Made by a program: the position numbers and the translations under genes. Positions 31,201 to 42,495 of a stretch of 64,000 bases of DNA are shown here, piece by piece. Numbering within the stretch: the stretch's first letter is position 1; every line of letters starts with the position of its first letter. Below the pieces are notes generated by a model, which worked only from the letters and a program-made list of their open reading frames with translations, was not told where the DNA came from and made no database searches. Source of the stretch: an uncultured delta proteobacterium (GTDB taxonomy: Bacteria; Myxococcota_A; Polyangia; Polyangiales; Polyangiaceae); assembly GCA_963782055.1 (NCBI GenBank), contig CAWAIF010000003.1, forward strand, positions 1,472,001 through 1,536,000, in the 5' to 3' direction.

Positions 31201-33606
31201 ATGAGGCGGCAGGTCCGGAGACGAGGCGCGATCGTCGTCGCGGCGACGGCCCTCTCCCTCTGCCACGCCTGCGGGGGCACGACCGCGACCGCGCCCCCGC
31301 ACGTCGTGCTCGGTGCGTCCGGGCTCGACTTCGGCCTCGTCGACTGCGGCGGCGCCGCGTCGACCGAGCCGCTGACCATCGCGAACACGGGCGGCTCCCC
31401 GCTGACGTGGGAGGCGAGCGTGGGCAAGACGGGCGCCTTCTCCCTGGATGGCGCCCCCGCGGGCACGCTCGCGCCGGGAGAGACGACGAGCCTCTCGGTG
31501 AAGGCGAAGGTCCCAGACGGGGCGCCCGCGGCCGAGGCGCTCGACACCACGCTCTGGGTGACCACCAACGATCCGGCGAACGGGACGAGCAGCATCCCGC
31601 TCCACCTGATTTCCCGCGGCGCCATGCTCACCGTGAAGCCCGCCACCGCCGACTTCGGCCAGATCCCGCTCGGCCTGACGGCGCCGGACATCGCGGTGAC
31701 CGTCACCAACTCGGGCAACGACGCTGTCGCGCTGGCCTTCGGCGCGCCGCAGGATCCGCAGTTCACCGCGGGGTGGGACGGCGCCCCCGCCGCGGCGAGC
31801 CTGCCGCCCGGTGGCGAGCTCACCGCGACGCTCGGCTTCACACCGACCACCGACAAGGCGGTGGCGGACGCGTCCGCCCTCCTCGTGACCGGCGCGGTGT
31901 GCGCCGCGCCGCAGACGGTCGCGATCAAGGGCGAGGGCACGAAGGGGATCGCGGGCGTGAGCCCGGGCCTGCTCGACTTCGGCGTGGTCGGGTGCGCGAC
32001 GGCGGCGCCGCCGCAGGAGGTGACCCTGCTCAACGCGGGCAACCAGGCCTACGACTTCACCGCCACGCTGTCGCAGGGCGGAAGCTCGCCGTACGTGGTC
32101 ACCCCGAGCAGCGGCACCGTCCCGCCCAAGTCGCAGGTGCAGCTCGCGGTCGCGCCGAAGACCGTCCCCCCGCAGTCCGCGCTGACGCCGGACCTCTACG
32201 ACGACACGCTGGCGATCATGACGACCGCGCTCGACGACGTGCCGCACGCGGTCGCGTTGCAGGAGTCGGCGGGCGGCGCCATCCTCTCCACCAGTGCGCC
32301 CCTGGTCTTCTCGCGGCTCGCCGTGGGCGCCACCCCCGCGACGCAGCAGCTCGTGATCACCAACGCGGGCAACCAGCCGGCGCAGGTGACCTTCAGCTCG
32401 CCCGAGCCCTTCTCCGCCGCGGGCCCGGTGCTCGTCCCCGCGGGCGGCACGGCGACGACCACCATCTCCTTCACGCCCGACCCCGGAAGCCTGGGCCCGG
32501 TCACCCAGGACCTCGGGATGAGCACGACCGATCCCGTGTGCGCGCCGATCAGCGCCGCGAACGCGACCGCGACCACGTACGACCGCGCCAGGATGCTGGC
32601 GGCGGGGGACACGCACGCTTGCGCGACCGCGGTCAGCGGGGTGACGTATTGCTGGGGACGCAACTTGGAAGGTGAGCTCGGCGACGGCACCACCCTCATG
32701 AGAAAGAAGCCGGTACCCGTGAGCGGCCTGAAGGACGTTCTCGGCTTGGGGCTGGGGCAGTACCATTCGTGCGCCGTGGTGCAGGGCGGCACGGTCGAGT
32801 GCTGGGGCGCAGACTTCGATGGCCAGCTCGGCGGCGGGAACACCGGAGGATACTCCACCAAGCCCGTCGCGGTGTTGAACCTCGCCGATGCCACCCAGGT
32901 GGCAGGTGGCGGTCAGTCATCCTACGCGCTGACGTCCGCAGGAGGCGTCGTGGCGTGGGGCCTCAACGGCGCCGGCCAGCTCGGCGACGGAACGACGGTC
33001 GACTCCAACGTCCCCGTGACGGTCTCGGGCATCACCGATGCGGTGCAGGTCGCCGGACGACGATGGACGGCCTGCGCCCTGCGTGCCGGTGGAGGCGTCT
33101 GGTGTTGGGGAGACTATTACCTCGGCGATGGCACGAAGGGATCGTCGGCCGTGCCGGTGGACACGGGGCTGACGGACGTCGTGCAGGTGGGTGGCGGACG
33201 GGGTACGGAGGGGAATGGTTGCGCGGTCGAGACGACGGGTGGGGTGGCGTGTTGGGGCTACAACCCGTACTCGACGACGCCGAGCTCGTTCGGGGGGCTC
33301 ACCGACGCAGTGCAGGTCGGGGTCGGCGAGGAGTTCGCATGCGCGCGTCGCGCGGCAGGCGGCGTGATGTGCTGGGGCGACAACTCGTGGGGACAGCTCG
33401 GGCACGGGGGGTATTTTTACTCATGGGTGCCTGTTGAGGTGTCGGGGGTGACCGACGCGGCGAGCATCGCCGTGGGCGCCAACTTCGCGTGCGTGATGAA
33501 CGGCGACGGCACGTTGCTCTGTTGGGGAAGTGGCATCAGCTATGAACTCGGCGACGGCGACCATGGCAATACCCCCAACCCGATGCCCGTCACCGGCTTC
33601 GACTGA
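31201..33606 (+). CDS. Lipoprotein with tandem Ig-like (ASH/choice-of-anchor D-like) domains and RCC1 repeats
   Basis: CHAC-GG lipobox; repeated LDFGxVxC..I/LxNxG; repeated HxCA..VxCWGxNxxGQLG. Confidence 0.88.
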   Translation: MRRQVRRRGAIVVAATALSLCHACGGTTATAPPHVVLGASGLDFGLVDCGGAASTEPLTIANTGGSPLTWEASVGKTGAFSLDGAPAGTLAPGETTSLSVKAKVPDGAPAAEALDTTLWVTTNDPANGTSSIPLHLISRGAMLTVKPATADFGQIPLGLTAPDIAVTVTNSGNDAVALAFGAPQDPQFTAGWDGAPAAASLPPGGELTATLGFTPTTDKAVADASALLVTGAVCAAPQTVAIKGEGTKGIAGVSPGLLDFGVVGCATAAPPQEVTLLNAGNQAYDFTATLSQGGSSPYVVTPSSGTVPPKSQVQLAVAPKTVPPQSALTPDLYDDTLAIMTTALDDVPHAVALQESAGGAILSTSAPLVFSRLAVGATPATQQLVITNAGNQPAQVTFSSPEPFSAAGPVLVPAGGTATTTISFTPDPGSLGPVTQDLGMSTTDPVCAPISAANATATTYDRARMLAAGDTHACATAVSGVTYCWGRNLEGELGDGTTLMRKKPVPVSGLKDVLGLGLGQYHSCAVVQGGTVECWGADFDGQLGGGNTGGYSTKPVAVLNLADATQVAGGGQSSYALTSAGGVVAWGLNGAGQLGDGTTVDSNVPVTVSGITDAVQVAGRRWTACALRAGGGVWCWGDYYLGDGTKGSSAVPVDTGLTDVVQVGGGRGTEGNGCAVETTGGVACWGYNPYSTTPSSFGGLTDAVQVGVGEEFACARRAAGGVMCWGDNSWGQLGHGGYFYSWVPVEVSGVTDAASIAVGANFACVMNGDGTLLCWGSGISYELGDGDHGNTPNPMPVTGFD

Positions 33607-33652
33607 CGTCCCATCCCGCGGCGCCCTCGAGCAGTCGACACAAAACGGAAAC

Positions 33653-33683
33653 GCGCGGCCCCCTCTTCCGGAGAGGGCCGCGC
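33653..33683 (-). terminator. Intrinsic terminator-like hairpin
   Basis: GCGCGGCCC...GGGCCGCGC stem, followed on the minus strand by GTTTCCGTTTTG. Confidence 0.6.
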
Positions 33684-33711
33684 CTTCCCGCGCGACACGT
33701 CCTGCCGCCCG

Positions 33712-34224
33712 TCACCCGTGCGCACCTCCCGGGGCCGGGAGCGCGAGCACTCCGTTGCTCTTCCCGTTCACCTGCGCGGGCGGCAGCGCGGCGATCGGGG
33801 CGCGCAGCAGCTCGAGCAGCGCGGGCGCCGCGGGCGCGGGACTGACGATCTGCGCGGGGACCTCCACCGGTGCGCGCGCCGCCGGGGCCGCGGCCTTCGA
33901 GGGGCCGCGCGCGCGCGCTTGCCGATGCCGAGGCGCAGGAGCTGGTCGCGCCGGGGGATGACCGCGCGCGCAGTCCGACCGGTCCTGCACCCAGGCGTGA
34001 AGCTCCGTCAGCGCCTGCATGCGCTCGTCGGTCACCGGGGCGATCTCCACCGCGGCCGGCGCGGGGGTGCTCTCGACCAGGTGCACGAGCGTGCGCGCGC
34101 TTGCGCTCCTCGGTGGTGAGGCCGCGCCGCGCATCACCGTCCGAGCAGCCGGCGAGGCGCTCCGCACGAACGATCTCCCGCGCTTGCCCACATGGGACAA
34201 GCACGCGTGCGGCTCGTGCGACAT
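33712..34224 (-). CDS. Ala/Pro-rich hypothetical protein
   Basis: ORF fills the gap between the DUF559 gene and the terminator; no recognisable motif. Confidence 0.4.
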   Translation of the reverse strand: MSHEPHACLSHVGKRGRSFVRSASPAARTVMRGAASPPRSASARTLVHLVESTPAPAAVEIAPVTDERMQALTELHAWVQDRSDCARGHPPARPAPAPRHRQARARGPSKAAAPAARAPVEVPAQIVSPAPAAPALLELLRAPIAALPPAQVNGKSNGVLALPAPGGAHG

Positions 34225-34295
34225 GGTCGGCCTGTGCCGGAAGCGGAGCGCCTAGGAGATCGTGGCGCGATCGAGCAGCGTCGAGCGCGCTCCGT

Positions 34296-34673
34296 TCACC
34301 CCCCACCCCGCAGCGCCTCCCTCACCATCCCCGCCGCCCGCTTCACATCCCCCTCCACCACCCCCGCCTCGATCCTCAGCACCCGGAACCCCATCGCCTC
34401 GATCGTCCGCTGCCGCCGCGCATCCGCCTCCGGATGCCCCGGCGCCCGGTGCACCCCGCCGTCCACCTCCACCACCAGCCGCTCGCTCAGCGCCACGAAG
34501 TCCACGATGTACGTCCCACCCAGCACGTGCTGCCGCCGGAACTTCACCCCGCAGCACCGCCGCGCCTGCAGCTCCTTCCACAACAGCGCCTCCGATCGCG
34601 TCGCCTCCTTCCCCCGCATCCGCCGCGCCCGCTGGTGAAGGAAGAAGAGAGAGGGAGCTTCGTGCGGTGCCAT
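34296..34673 (-). CDS. DUF559 (Vsr-like PD-(D/E)xK) endonuclease
   Basis: RARRMR..TRSEALLW..KFRRQHVLG.YIVDF..LVVEVDGGVH..DARRQ..GFRVLR; GAGGGG before ATG 34673. Confidence 0.9.
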   Translation of the reverse strand: MAPHEAPSLFFLHQRARRMRGKEATRSEALLWKELQARRCCGVKFRRQHVLGGTYIVDFVALSERLVVEVDGGVHRAPGHPEADARRQRTIEAMGFRVLRIEAGVVEGDVKRAAGMVREALRGGG

Positions 34674-34789
34674 GCCCCCTCGAGGCGGAAGAAGCATGAC
34701 AGCCGCAGTCCCGCCGCCCCCCGGCCCCCGGAAGGCTGGCGGGCTTCTTCCGCCCGCCCGGCGTGGCACCGCACGAAGCTCCCTCGCTC
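34647..34789. repeat. Long nested inverted repeat covering the DUF559 start codon
   Basis: 34647-34676 vs 34760-34789 (28/30), 34684-34695 vs 34743-34754 (12/12), CAGCC/GGCTG inner stem. Confidence 0.9.
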
Positions 34790-34790
34790 G

Positions 34791-34960
34791 CCCCCTCCCA
34801 GCCTGGGCGGAGGACCTTCGCGGGGGAGGGCCCGTCACCTCCGTCCTCCATCCGGCCCCCCTCCTGGTCTCCCATCCTCGCGTCCCCCCGCCCGCACACC
34901 GCGCCCAGAAACCCTCCCCGCCCACGAGCGAGCGAAGCGAGCGAGGGGCCGGGGGAGGGC
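34791..34960. repeat. Two REP-like CCCTCCC...GGGGAGGG palindromes
   Basis: ccccctccc..gggggaggg (34791-34830) and ccctccccgccc-acgagcgagcgaagcgagcga-ggggccgggggaggg (34912-34959). Confidence 0.65.
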
Positions 34961-35184
34961 GCTCACGCGCAGGGCTCGCGCGCAAGCGCGCGTGCGTGCC
35001 GTCGCCCGCCCCTCATGCGCCCCCCGCCGGCACGCACGCGCGCGAGCACGAGCCCGAGCATGAGCGGGGCGGGGCCCCCCTCATCATCCGCCCCCCCGCC
35101 CAACTGAGCCGCCCGCGACCCGGGCGCCGCGCCTCAGGCGTGGGAAGGGATGCGAAACCCGAGAAACGGCCTTAGGTTAGGCGC

Positions 35185-36690
35185 GTGGTCGACGCCCCCA
35201 AGAGCCTGGAGCCCGCAGCCGCCGGGGAGGTCCTGCGCCGGAGCCTCGCGAAGGCACCCGGCGGCATCAAGCCCGTGACCGTGGCGGACGCCTCGGTGAC
35301 GAGCGGCCTGGCCCTCCGCGACGCCCAGGCCGGACTCCACTGGCTCACCGGGGAGTACCGCGGCCACCTGCGCGTCACCGAGGACGGCGATCTGGTCCAC
35401 GTCTTCCCCACCGGCTTCACCAAGCCCTGGGAGACGCGCGATCGCCTCGCCCGCGCGTGGTCGGCCGCCGGCCGCGGCCTGCTCGGCGCCGGCCGCTTCA
35501 TCGTCCGCGCGTGGATCCTGGTCGTGATGCTCGGCTACACCGCGCTCTTCGTCGCGCTGCTCATCGGCCTCACCTTCGCCGGCCGCTCCAACGACTCCCG
35601 CAACGACCGCGGCTCCTTCGGCCTGCTGGGCGGCATGCTCCGCCTGCTGGCCGAGGCCTTCTTCTGGACGTTTCACCCCTTCTCGCCGTTTTACTACTAC
35701 GACTACGGGTACGGGTACGGCCAGGGCTACGGCTACGGCTACGGCCGCCCGGCGGTGCCCGCCCGCTCCAGCCGCCGGCGCAAGGGCAAGAACGACATCC
35801 CCTTCTACGAGAAGGTGAACCGCTTCGTCTTCGGTCCCACTCCCCCGCCGGAGGACCCCAACGCGGTGCGCGCGCGCATCCTGGCGCAGGTGCGCGCGCA
35901 GAAGGGGCGCATCGGCCTCGCCGACGTGATGCGCGTGACCGGCCTCCCCCGCACCGAGGCCGATCCGCTCATGGCCCGACTGATGCTCGACTACGACGGC
36001 ACGGTGGAGGTGGGGGAGCAGGGCGGCATCATCTACCGCTTCGAGTCGGTGCGCCGGACGGCAGAGGCGGTGCCGGGGACCGCCACGCCTCCCCCCGCGT
36101 GGGAGACGCCGCGTCGCCTGGCGCCGCTCACCGGCAACGGCGTCGGCTCCAACGTCATCATCTCCTTGCTCAACGGCTTCAACCTGGTGGCGAGCGGCGT
36201 CGTGATCGGCGCGGGCCTCACCATCTCCAACATCCTGCTCCTCTTCAGCAAGCACCCCCCGCGCGTCCTCCCGTACGACGGTGTCCCCGTCGCGCTCGGC
36301 GTGGTGCCCCTCGTCTTCTCCGCCGCGCTCTTCGCGCTACCCACCCTGCGCGCCCTCTTCCGGCGTCGGGCCGCCCGCGGCGTCGCGCGGGAGAACGCGC
36401 GCCTCGCCATCCTGCGCGAGGTGCTTGCGCGCGCCCCCCACAAGGAGCCGGTGCCGGACGAGACCCTGCGGGCCGCGTACCGCGTGGCCACCGGGGAGGA
36501 CGCGAGCTCGAAGGAGATCACCCGCCGCGTCGTGGAGCTGGGCGGCGACGTGGACGTGGGCCCGGAGGGCGAGGTGCGCTACCGCTTCGCCGACCTGGAG
36601 GCCGAGGCCGAAGCACTCGAGGAGGAACGCGCAACCGCGAGCGACGCCGAGGCCCGCCTCGGCAAGGTCGTCTTCGCCAGCGACGCATGA
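35185..36690 (+). CDS. Membrane protein with three winged-helix-like repeats (resembles the cyanobacterial/plastid At5g03900 family)
   Basis: Three units ending GxxxVxxxGxxxY/HxF separated by TM hairpins; YG tract; family resemblance recalled from memory, not searched. Confidence 0.75.
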   Translation: MVDAPKSLEPAAAGEVLRRSLAKAPGGIKPVTVADASVTSGLALRDAQAGLHWLTGEYRGHLRVTEDGDLVHVFPTGFTKPWETRDRLARAWSAAGRGLLGAGRFIVRAWILVVMLGYTALFVALLIGLTFAGRSNDSRNDRGSFGLLGGMLRLLAEAFFWTFHPFSPFYYYDYGYGYGQGYGYGYGRPAVPARSSRRRKGKNDIPFYEKVNRFVFGPTPPPEDPNAVRARILAQVRAQKGRIGLADVMRVTGLPRTEADPLMARLMLDYDGTVEVGEQGGIIYRFESVRRTAEAVPGTATPPPAWETPRRLAPLTGNGVGSNVIISLLNGFNLVASGVVIGAGLTISNILLLFSKHPPRVLPYDGVPVALGVVPLVFSAALFALPTLRALFRRRAARGVARENARLAILREVLARAPHKEPVPDETLRAAYRVATGEDASSKEITRRVVELGGDVDVGPEGEVRYRFADLEAEAEALEEERATASDAEARLGKVVFASDA

Positions 36691-36697
36691 GGGCACC

Positions 36698-38593
<1,896 letters not shown>

Positions 38594-38598
38594 GCACG

Positions 38599-40464
38599 TC
38601 ACGCCTCGGCGATCACCCGCAGGATCGCCTCGCCGTACTGCTCGGCGCGCGCCGGGCCCATGCCGTGGACGGCGAGCAGCTCCGCGATCGTCCGCGGCCG
38701 CGCCGCGGCGAGCTCCGCCAGCGTGCGGTCGAAGGCGACGACGTACGCCGGCACGCCGCGCTCGCGCGCGACCTCCGCCCGGTGCGTGCGCAGCCGCTCG
38801 AACAGCGCCTGGTCCGCGGCGGCCAGCGCGGGCGCAGCCGCCTGCCCTCGCGCGGACTGCTGCCCTCTCGACCTGCGCCTCGCGCGTGGCTCCGCGGGCA
38901 GCACGATGCGCGCCGGCGCGCGCCCCTTCATCACCTCCGCCCCGACGCCCGTCAGGAAGGGAACGGGGTGGTCGGTCGGGGTGAGATCGACCCACCCGGC
39001 GGCGAGCAGCGCCCGCAGCAGCGCCACGACCCACTCCGCCGAGCGGTCCTCCAGCAGGCCGAAGGTGGAGAGCCGCGTGAAGCCGAACCTGCGGGTCTTG
39101 TCCGAGTCCACGCCGCGCAGCATCTCGGCGATCGCCAGCAGCCCGGCGCGCCGGTTCGCCCGCGCCACGCCGGAGAGCGCCTTGCGGACCACCAGCGTCA
39201 CCTCCGGGTCCACCGCGCCGGCGGTGTCCTCGCCGCGCTCGTCGATGGCCTCGCACACGTCGCAGTGGCCGCAGCCGCCGAGCAGCTCCTGCTCGTCGCC
39301 GAAGTAGCGGAGCACGAAGTCGTGCCGGCAGGTGCGGGCGTCCAGGTACCGCAGCAGATCACGGAAGAGCGCCCAGGCGTGCGCGGCGAGCGCCGGGTCG
39401 TCCCCGTCCGCGAGCACCAGCCGGCGGCGCAGGGCGATGTCGGCGCCGGAGCAGAGCAAGAGGCCCGTGGCCGGCTGCCCGTCGCGCCCCGCGCGCCCCA
39501 CCTCCTGGTAGTAGGCCTCGATGGACGAGGGCGGCTGCACGTGGACCACCGCGCGGATGTCCGCCCGGTCGATGCCCATGCCGAACGCGTTGGTGGCGAC
39601 GACGACGTCGGTCTCGCGCGCGGCGAAGCGAGACGCGACCCGGGTGCGCGCGTCCCCGTCCATGCCGGCGTGGTAGTGGGCGGCGTCCCAGCCGCGCTCG
39701 CGCAGCAGCCCGGCGTACTGCTCGGTCGACTTGCGCGTGGCGGCGTAGACGATGGCGCCGCCGCGCGGGGAGCGCGCGTCGCCCAGCGCCTCGCCGAGCG
39801 TCTCGAGGAGCGCCGATCGCGCCTGCCGCGGGCCGTCGACGCTGCGCGCGCCGAGGTGCAGGTTGGGTCGCGCGAAGCCGCGCAGCACCTCGTGGCAGGG
39901 CTCCAGCTTCAGGTGCGCGCGGATCTCCTTGCGGACCTGGGGCGTCGCCGTGGCGGTGCACGCGAGCACGCGCGGCGGGCGCAGCCGCTCCAGCAAGCTG
40001 CCCAGCCGGAGGTAGTCCGGGCGGAAGTCGTGACCCCACTGCGAGATGCAGTGCGCCTCGTCGATGGCCACCAGCGAGATGTCGCACCGCCCGAGCAGCC
40101 CGACGAACGCGTCGGAGGCGAGGCGCTCCGGTGCGGCGTAGACGAGCGACCAGCGGCCACGAAGCATGTCCGCCTCCCGGCGCCGGCGCTCCGCGAGGTC
40201 CACCGTGGAGGCGAGGTACGTCGCCTCGATGCCGCGCGCCTGGAGCGACCGCACCTGGTCTTCCATCAGCGCGACCAGCGGCGAGATGACGAGCGTGGTG
40301 CCGCCCAGCATCGCCGCCGGGAGCTGGTAGGTCAGCGACTTGCCGCCGCCCGTCGGCGCGACCACCAGCACGCGGCCGGGCCCCTCCAGCAAGGCGACGA
40401 TCGCCTCGCGCTGCCACGGCCTGAATTCCTGCAGGCCGAAGCGTTCGCGCAGCACCTCTTCCAT
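38599..40464 (-). CDS. recQ: RecQ family DNA helicase with RQC and HRDC domains
   Basis: PTGGGKS, IDEAHCISQWGHDFRPDY, ATNAFGMGID, QEVGRAGRDG, CGHCDVC, VPAYVV. Confidence 0.95.
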   Translation of the reverse strand: MEEVLRERFGLQEFRPWQREAIVALLEGPGRVLVVAPTGGGKSLTYQLPAAMLGGTTLVISPLVALMEDQVRSLQARGIEATYLASTVDLAERRRREADMLRGRWSLVYAAPERLASDAFVGLLGRCDISLVAIDEAHCISQWGHDFRPDYLRLGSLLERLRPPRVLACTATATPQVRKEIRAHLKLEPCHEVLRGFARPNLHLGARSVDGPRQARSALLETLGEALGDARSPRGGAIVYAATRKSTEQYAGLLRERGWDAAHYHAGMDGDARTRVASRFAARETDVVVATNAFGMGIDRADIRAVVHVQPPSSIEAYYQEVGRAGRDGQPATGLLLCSGADIALRRRLVLADGDDPALAAHAWALFRDLLRYLDARTCRHDFVLRYFGDEQELLGGCGHCDVCEAIDERGEDTAGAVDPEVTLVVRKALSGVARANRRAGLLAIAEMLRGVDSDKTRRFGFTRLSTFGLLEDRSAEWVVALLRALLAAGWVDLTPTDHPVPFLTGVGAEVMKGRAPARIVLPAEPRARRRSRGQQSARGQAAAPALAAADQALFERLRTHRAEVARERGVPAYVVAFDRTLAELAAARPRTIAELLAVHGMGPARAEQYGEAILRVIAEA

Positions 40465-40498
40465 CCCGACCTCGTCGGCGCGAGCGCGCGGCCCGTTG

Positions 40499-40879
40499 CT
40501 ATTCGCGGTAGGTGGCGCTGCCGATGCAGCGCAGGAGCCGCCGGCAGGGGGCGTTGCCCGTCTGCCCGTGGCAGGTGTCCTCCACCTCGAACTGCGGCTG
40601 GCCGGCGTAGAGGGCACGCATCACCGCGTCGGTGATCTCGTGGCCGCCGTCCTTGCAGGCGGGATCCCCGCAGGGGAGCCAGAAGAGCGCAGGCGCGTGA
40701 TCCACCACGATATGGCGGATGTGCGAGGGTTCACCCACGCCGCCGCCGCCGGATTGCTCCTCGACGTCGAGCCGCAGGCTCTCCAGCTTGGGGACCTGGG
40801 TGAGCAGGCGTGGCGCTTCGTCCTCGCGGCGCCGGCGCTCGGCGAACCGCAAGGCCGCCTCGGAGGAGCGTCGATTCAT
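40499..40879 (-). CDS. Conserved hypothetical Cys-containing protein
   Basis: MNRRSSEAALRFAERRRREDEAPRL..CGDPACKDGGH..CHG..C. Confidence 0.7.
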   Translation of the reverse strand: MNRRSSEAALRFAERRRREDEAPRLLTQVPKLESLRLDVEEQSGGGGVGEPSHIRHIVVDHAPALFWLPCGDPACKDGGHEITDAVMRALYAGQPQFEVEDTCHGQTGNAPCRRLLRCIGSATYRE

Positions 40880-40972
40880 CACCCTCAAACCATAGCACTT
40901 TTCGAGAGCGCGCGCCGTTTCGATGACGCCACAACGCGCTCGCCCGAGCCGGCGTGGTGGTACGCTCGCGTC

Positions 40973-41419
40973 ATGACCAAGCTCCCCAAGCAATCCTTTC
41001 TCGCGCTCGCCGCCATCGGCTGGGCGGACGGCGCGCTCCAGCGCATCGAGGCCACCGGCCTGCTGAGGGCCGCGAAGGAGTCGGGCGTCTCCCCGGAGGA
41101 TTACGCCGCGATCGAGCAGGCGACGAAGAACAAGATCGCGCTCGAGGACGTCGACGTGGGCGGGATGAGCGAGTGGGAGCAGGTGCTCACCTACGCGCTC
41201 GCCGCGTGGTTCGCGCAGCTCGACGGCGTCGTCTCCACGAGCGAGCACACCACGATGGTGGACCTGGGCGACAAGCTGGGCCTGGACGAGGCGCTGCGCA
41301 AGCGCGCGGCCGTCGCCGCCTACGACATCGCGTGTCTGCCGGAGGGTGGCCGCCCCAATCGCTACGACTTCGTGAAGCTCGGCGAGCGCCTGCACGAGCG
41401 CATGCCGCAGCTCGGCTGA
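40973..41419 (+). CDS. TerB-like protein
   Basis: Two ADG/LDG..E helical motifs (WADGALQRIE, LDGVVSTSEH..LGDKLGL). Confidence 0.75.
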   Translation: MTKLPKQSFLALAAIGWADGALQRIEATGLLRAAKESGVSPEDYAAIEQATKNKIALEDVDVGGMSEWEQVLTYALAAWFAQLDGVVSTSEHTTMVDLGDKLGLDEALRKRAAVAAYDIACLPEGGRPNRYDFVKLGERLHERMPQLG

Positions 41420-41421
41420 CG

Positions 41422-42447
41422 ATGGGACTTCGACGCCGGCTCGTCGATCTGCGGCGGAGGGCCACCCTCGCCGCGACCGACAAGTTCTTCGTGTCGCTCT
41501 CCGCCGCCGGCCGCATGCACCCGCTCGCGGCGCCGGAGCGGCACAACGTGGAGCTGGTGCGCGACGTGCCGTACGTGCCGGGTGGCGACGCCGCGCACCG
41601 GCTGGACGTCTGGCGGCCGCGGGATGCCAGCCCGGACGCGCCGCGGCCCTGCATCTTCTACGTGCACGGCGGCGGCTTCCGCATCCTGAGCAAGGACACC
41701 CACTGGATCATGGGGCTCATGTTCGCGCGCGCCGGGTACGTCGTGTTCAACGTCAACTACCGCCTCGCCCCCGCGCACCCCTTCCCGGAGGGCCTGCGCG
41801 ACGTGTGCGACGCCCTGCGCTGGGTAGCCGATCACGCGACGGAGTACGGCGCCGACCCGGGCGAGCTGGTCTTCGCCGGGGAGAGCGCCGGCGCCAACCT
41901 CGTCACCGCGCTCACCCTCGCCACGTGCTACGCGCGGCCGGAGCCCTGGGCGCGCGCCGTCTTCGACCGCGGGGTGGTCCCGCGCGTGGTGCTGCCCGCG
42001 TGCGGCCTGCTGCAGGTCACCGAGCCGGGGCGCTTCGCGCGGCGCTGGCCGCACCTCGCCACCTTCGCCCACGACCAGATCGTCGTCATCTCGGAGCAGT
42101 ACCTCTCCCGCGCCGCCGAGCTGGACCCGAGGACGCTGGACCTCGCCGATCCGCTCCTGGTGCTCGAGCGCGGCGACACGCCGGACCGGCCGCTCCCGCC
42201 CTTCTTCGTCTCCGTCGGCACCCGCGACCCGCTGCTCGACGACGCGCGCCGGCTCACCCGCGCGCTCGTCACGCGCGGCGTCGACGCCGAGCTCGCCGTC
42301 TACGCGCGCGAACCGCACGCCTTCCACGCCGTCGTGCTGACGAAGAACGCGCGCCGCTGCTGGCGCGATACCTTCCGCTTCCTGGGCGATCACCTGGGCG
42401 CCGGGCCCGACGCCGAGCGCATGGCCGGCCCGGTCGCCGACGTTTGA
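41422..42447 (+). CDS. Alpha/beta hydrolase, hormone-sensitive-lipase (family IV) esterase
   Basis: HGGGF, YRLAP, GESAG, DPLLDD, HAF. Confidence 0.93.
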   Translation: MGLRRRLVDLRRRATLAATDKFFVSLSAAGRMHPLAAPERHNVELVRDVPYVPGGDAAHRLDVWRPRDASPDAPRPCIFYVHGGGFRILSKDTHWIMGLMFARAGYVVFNVNYRLAPAHPFPEGLRDVCDALRWVADHATEYGADPGELVFAGESAGANLVTALTLATCYARPEPWARAVFDRGVVPRVVLPACGLLQVTEPGRFARRWPHLATFAHDQIVVISEQYLSRAAELDPRTLDLADPLLVLERGDTPDRPLPPFFVSVGTRDPLLDDARRLTRALVTRGVDAELAVYAREPHAFHAVVLTKNARRCWRDTFRFLGDHLGAGPDAERMAGPVADV

Positions 42448-42495
42448 GGTCCAGCCCACGCCGAAGTCGTCTACGTTTGGAGGCACCGAGGTCGC

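Noticed and set aside
34763..35107. Plus-strand ORF starting MAPHEAPSL
   Set aside because: A by-product of the inverted repeat; the rest runs through low-complexity palindromes
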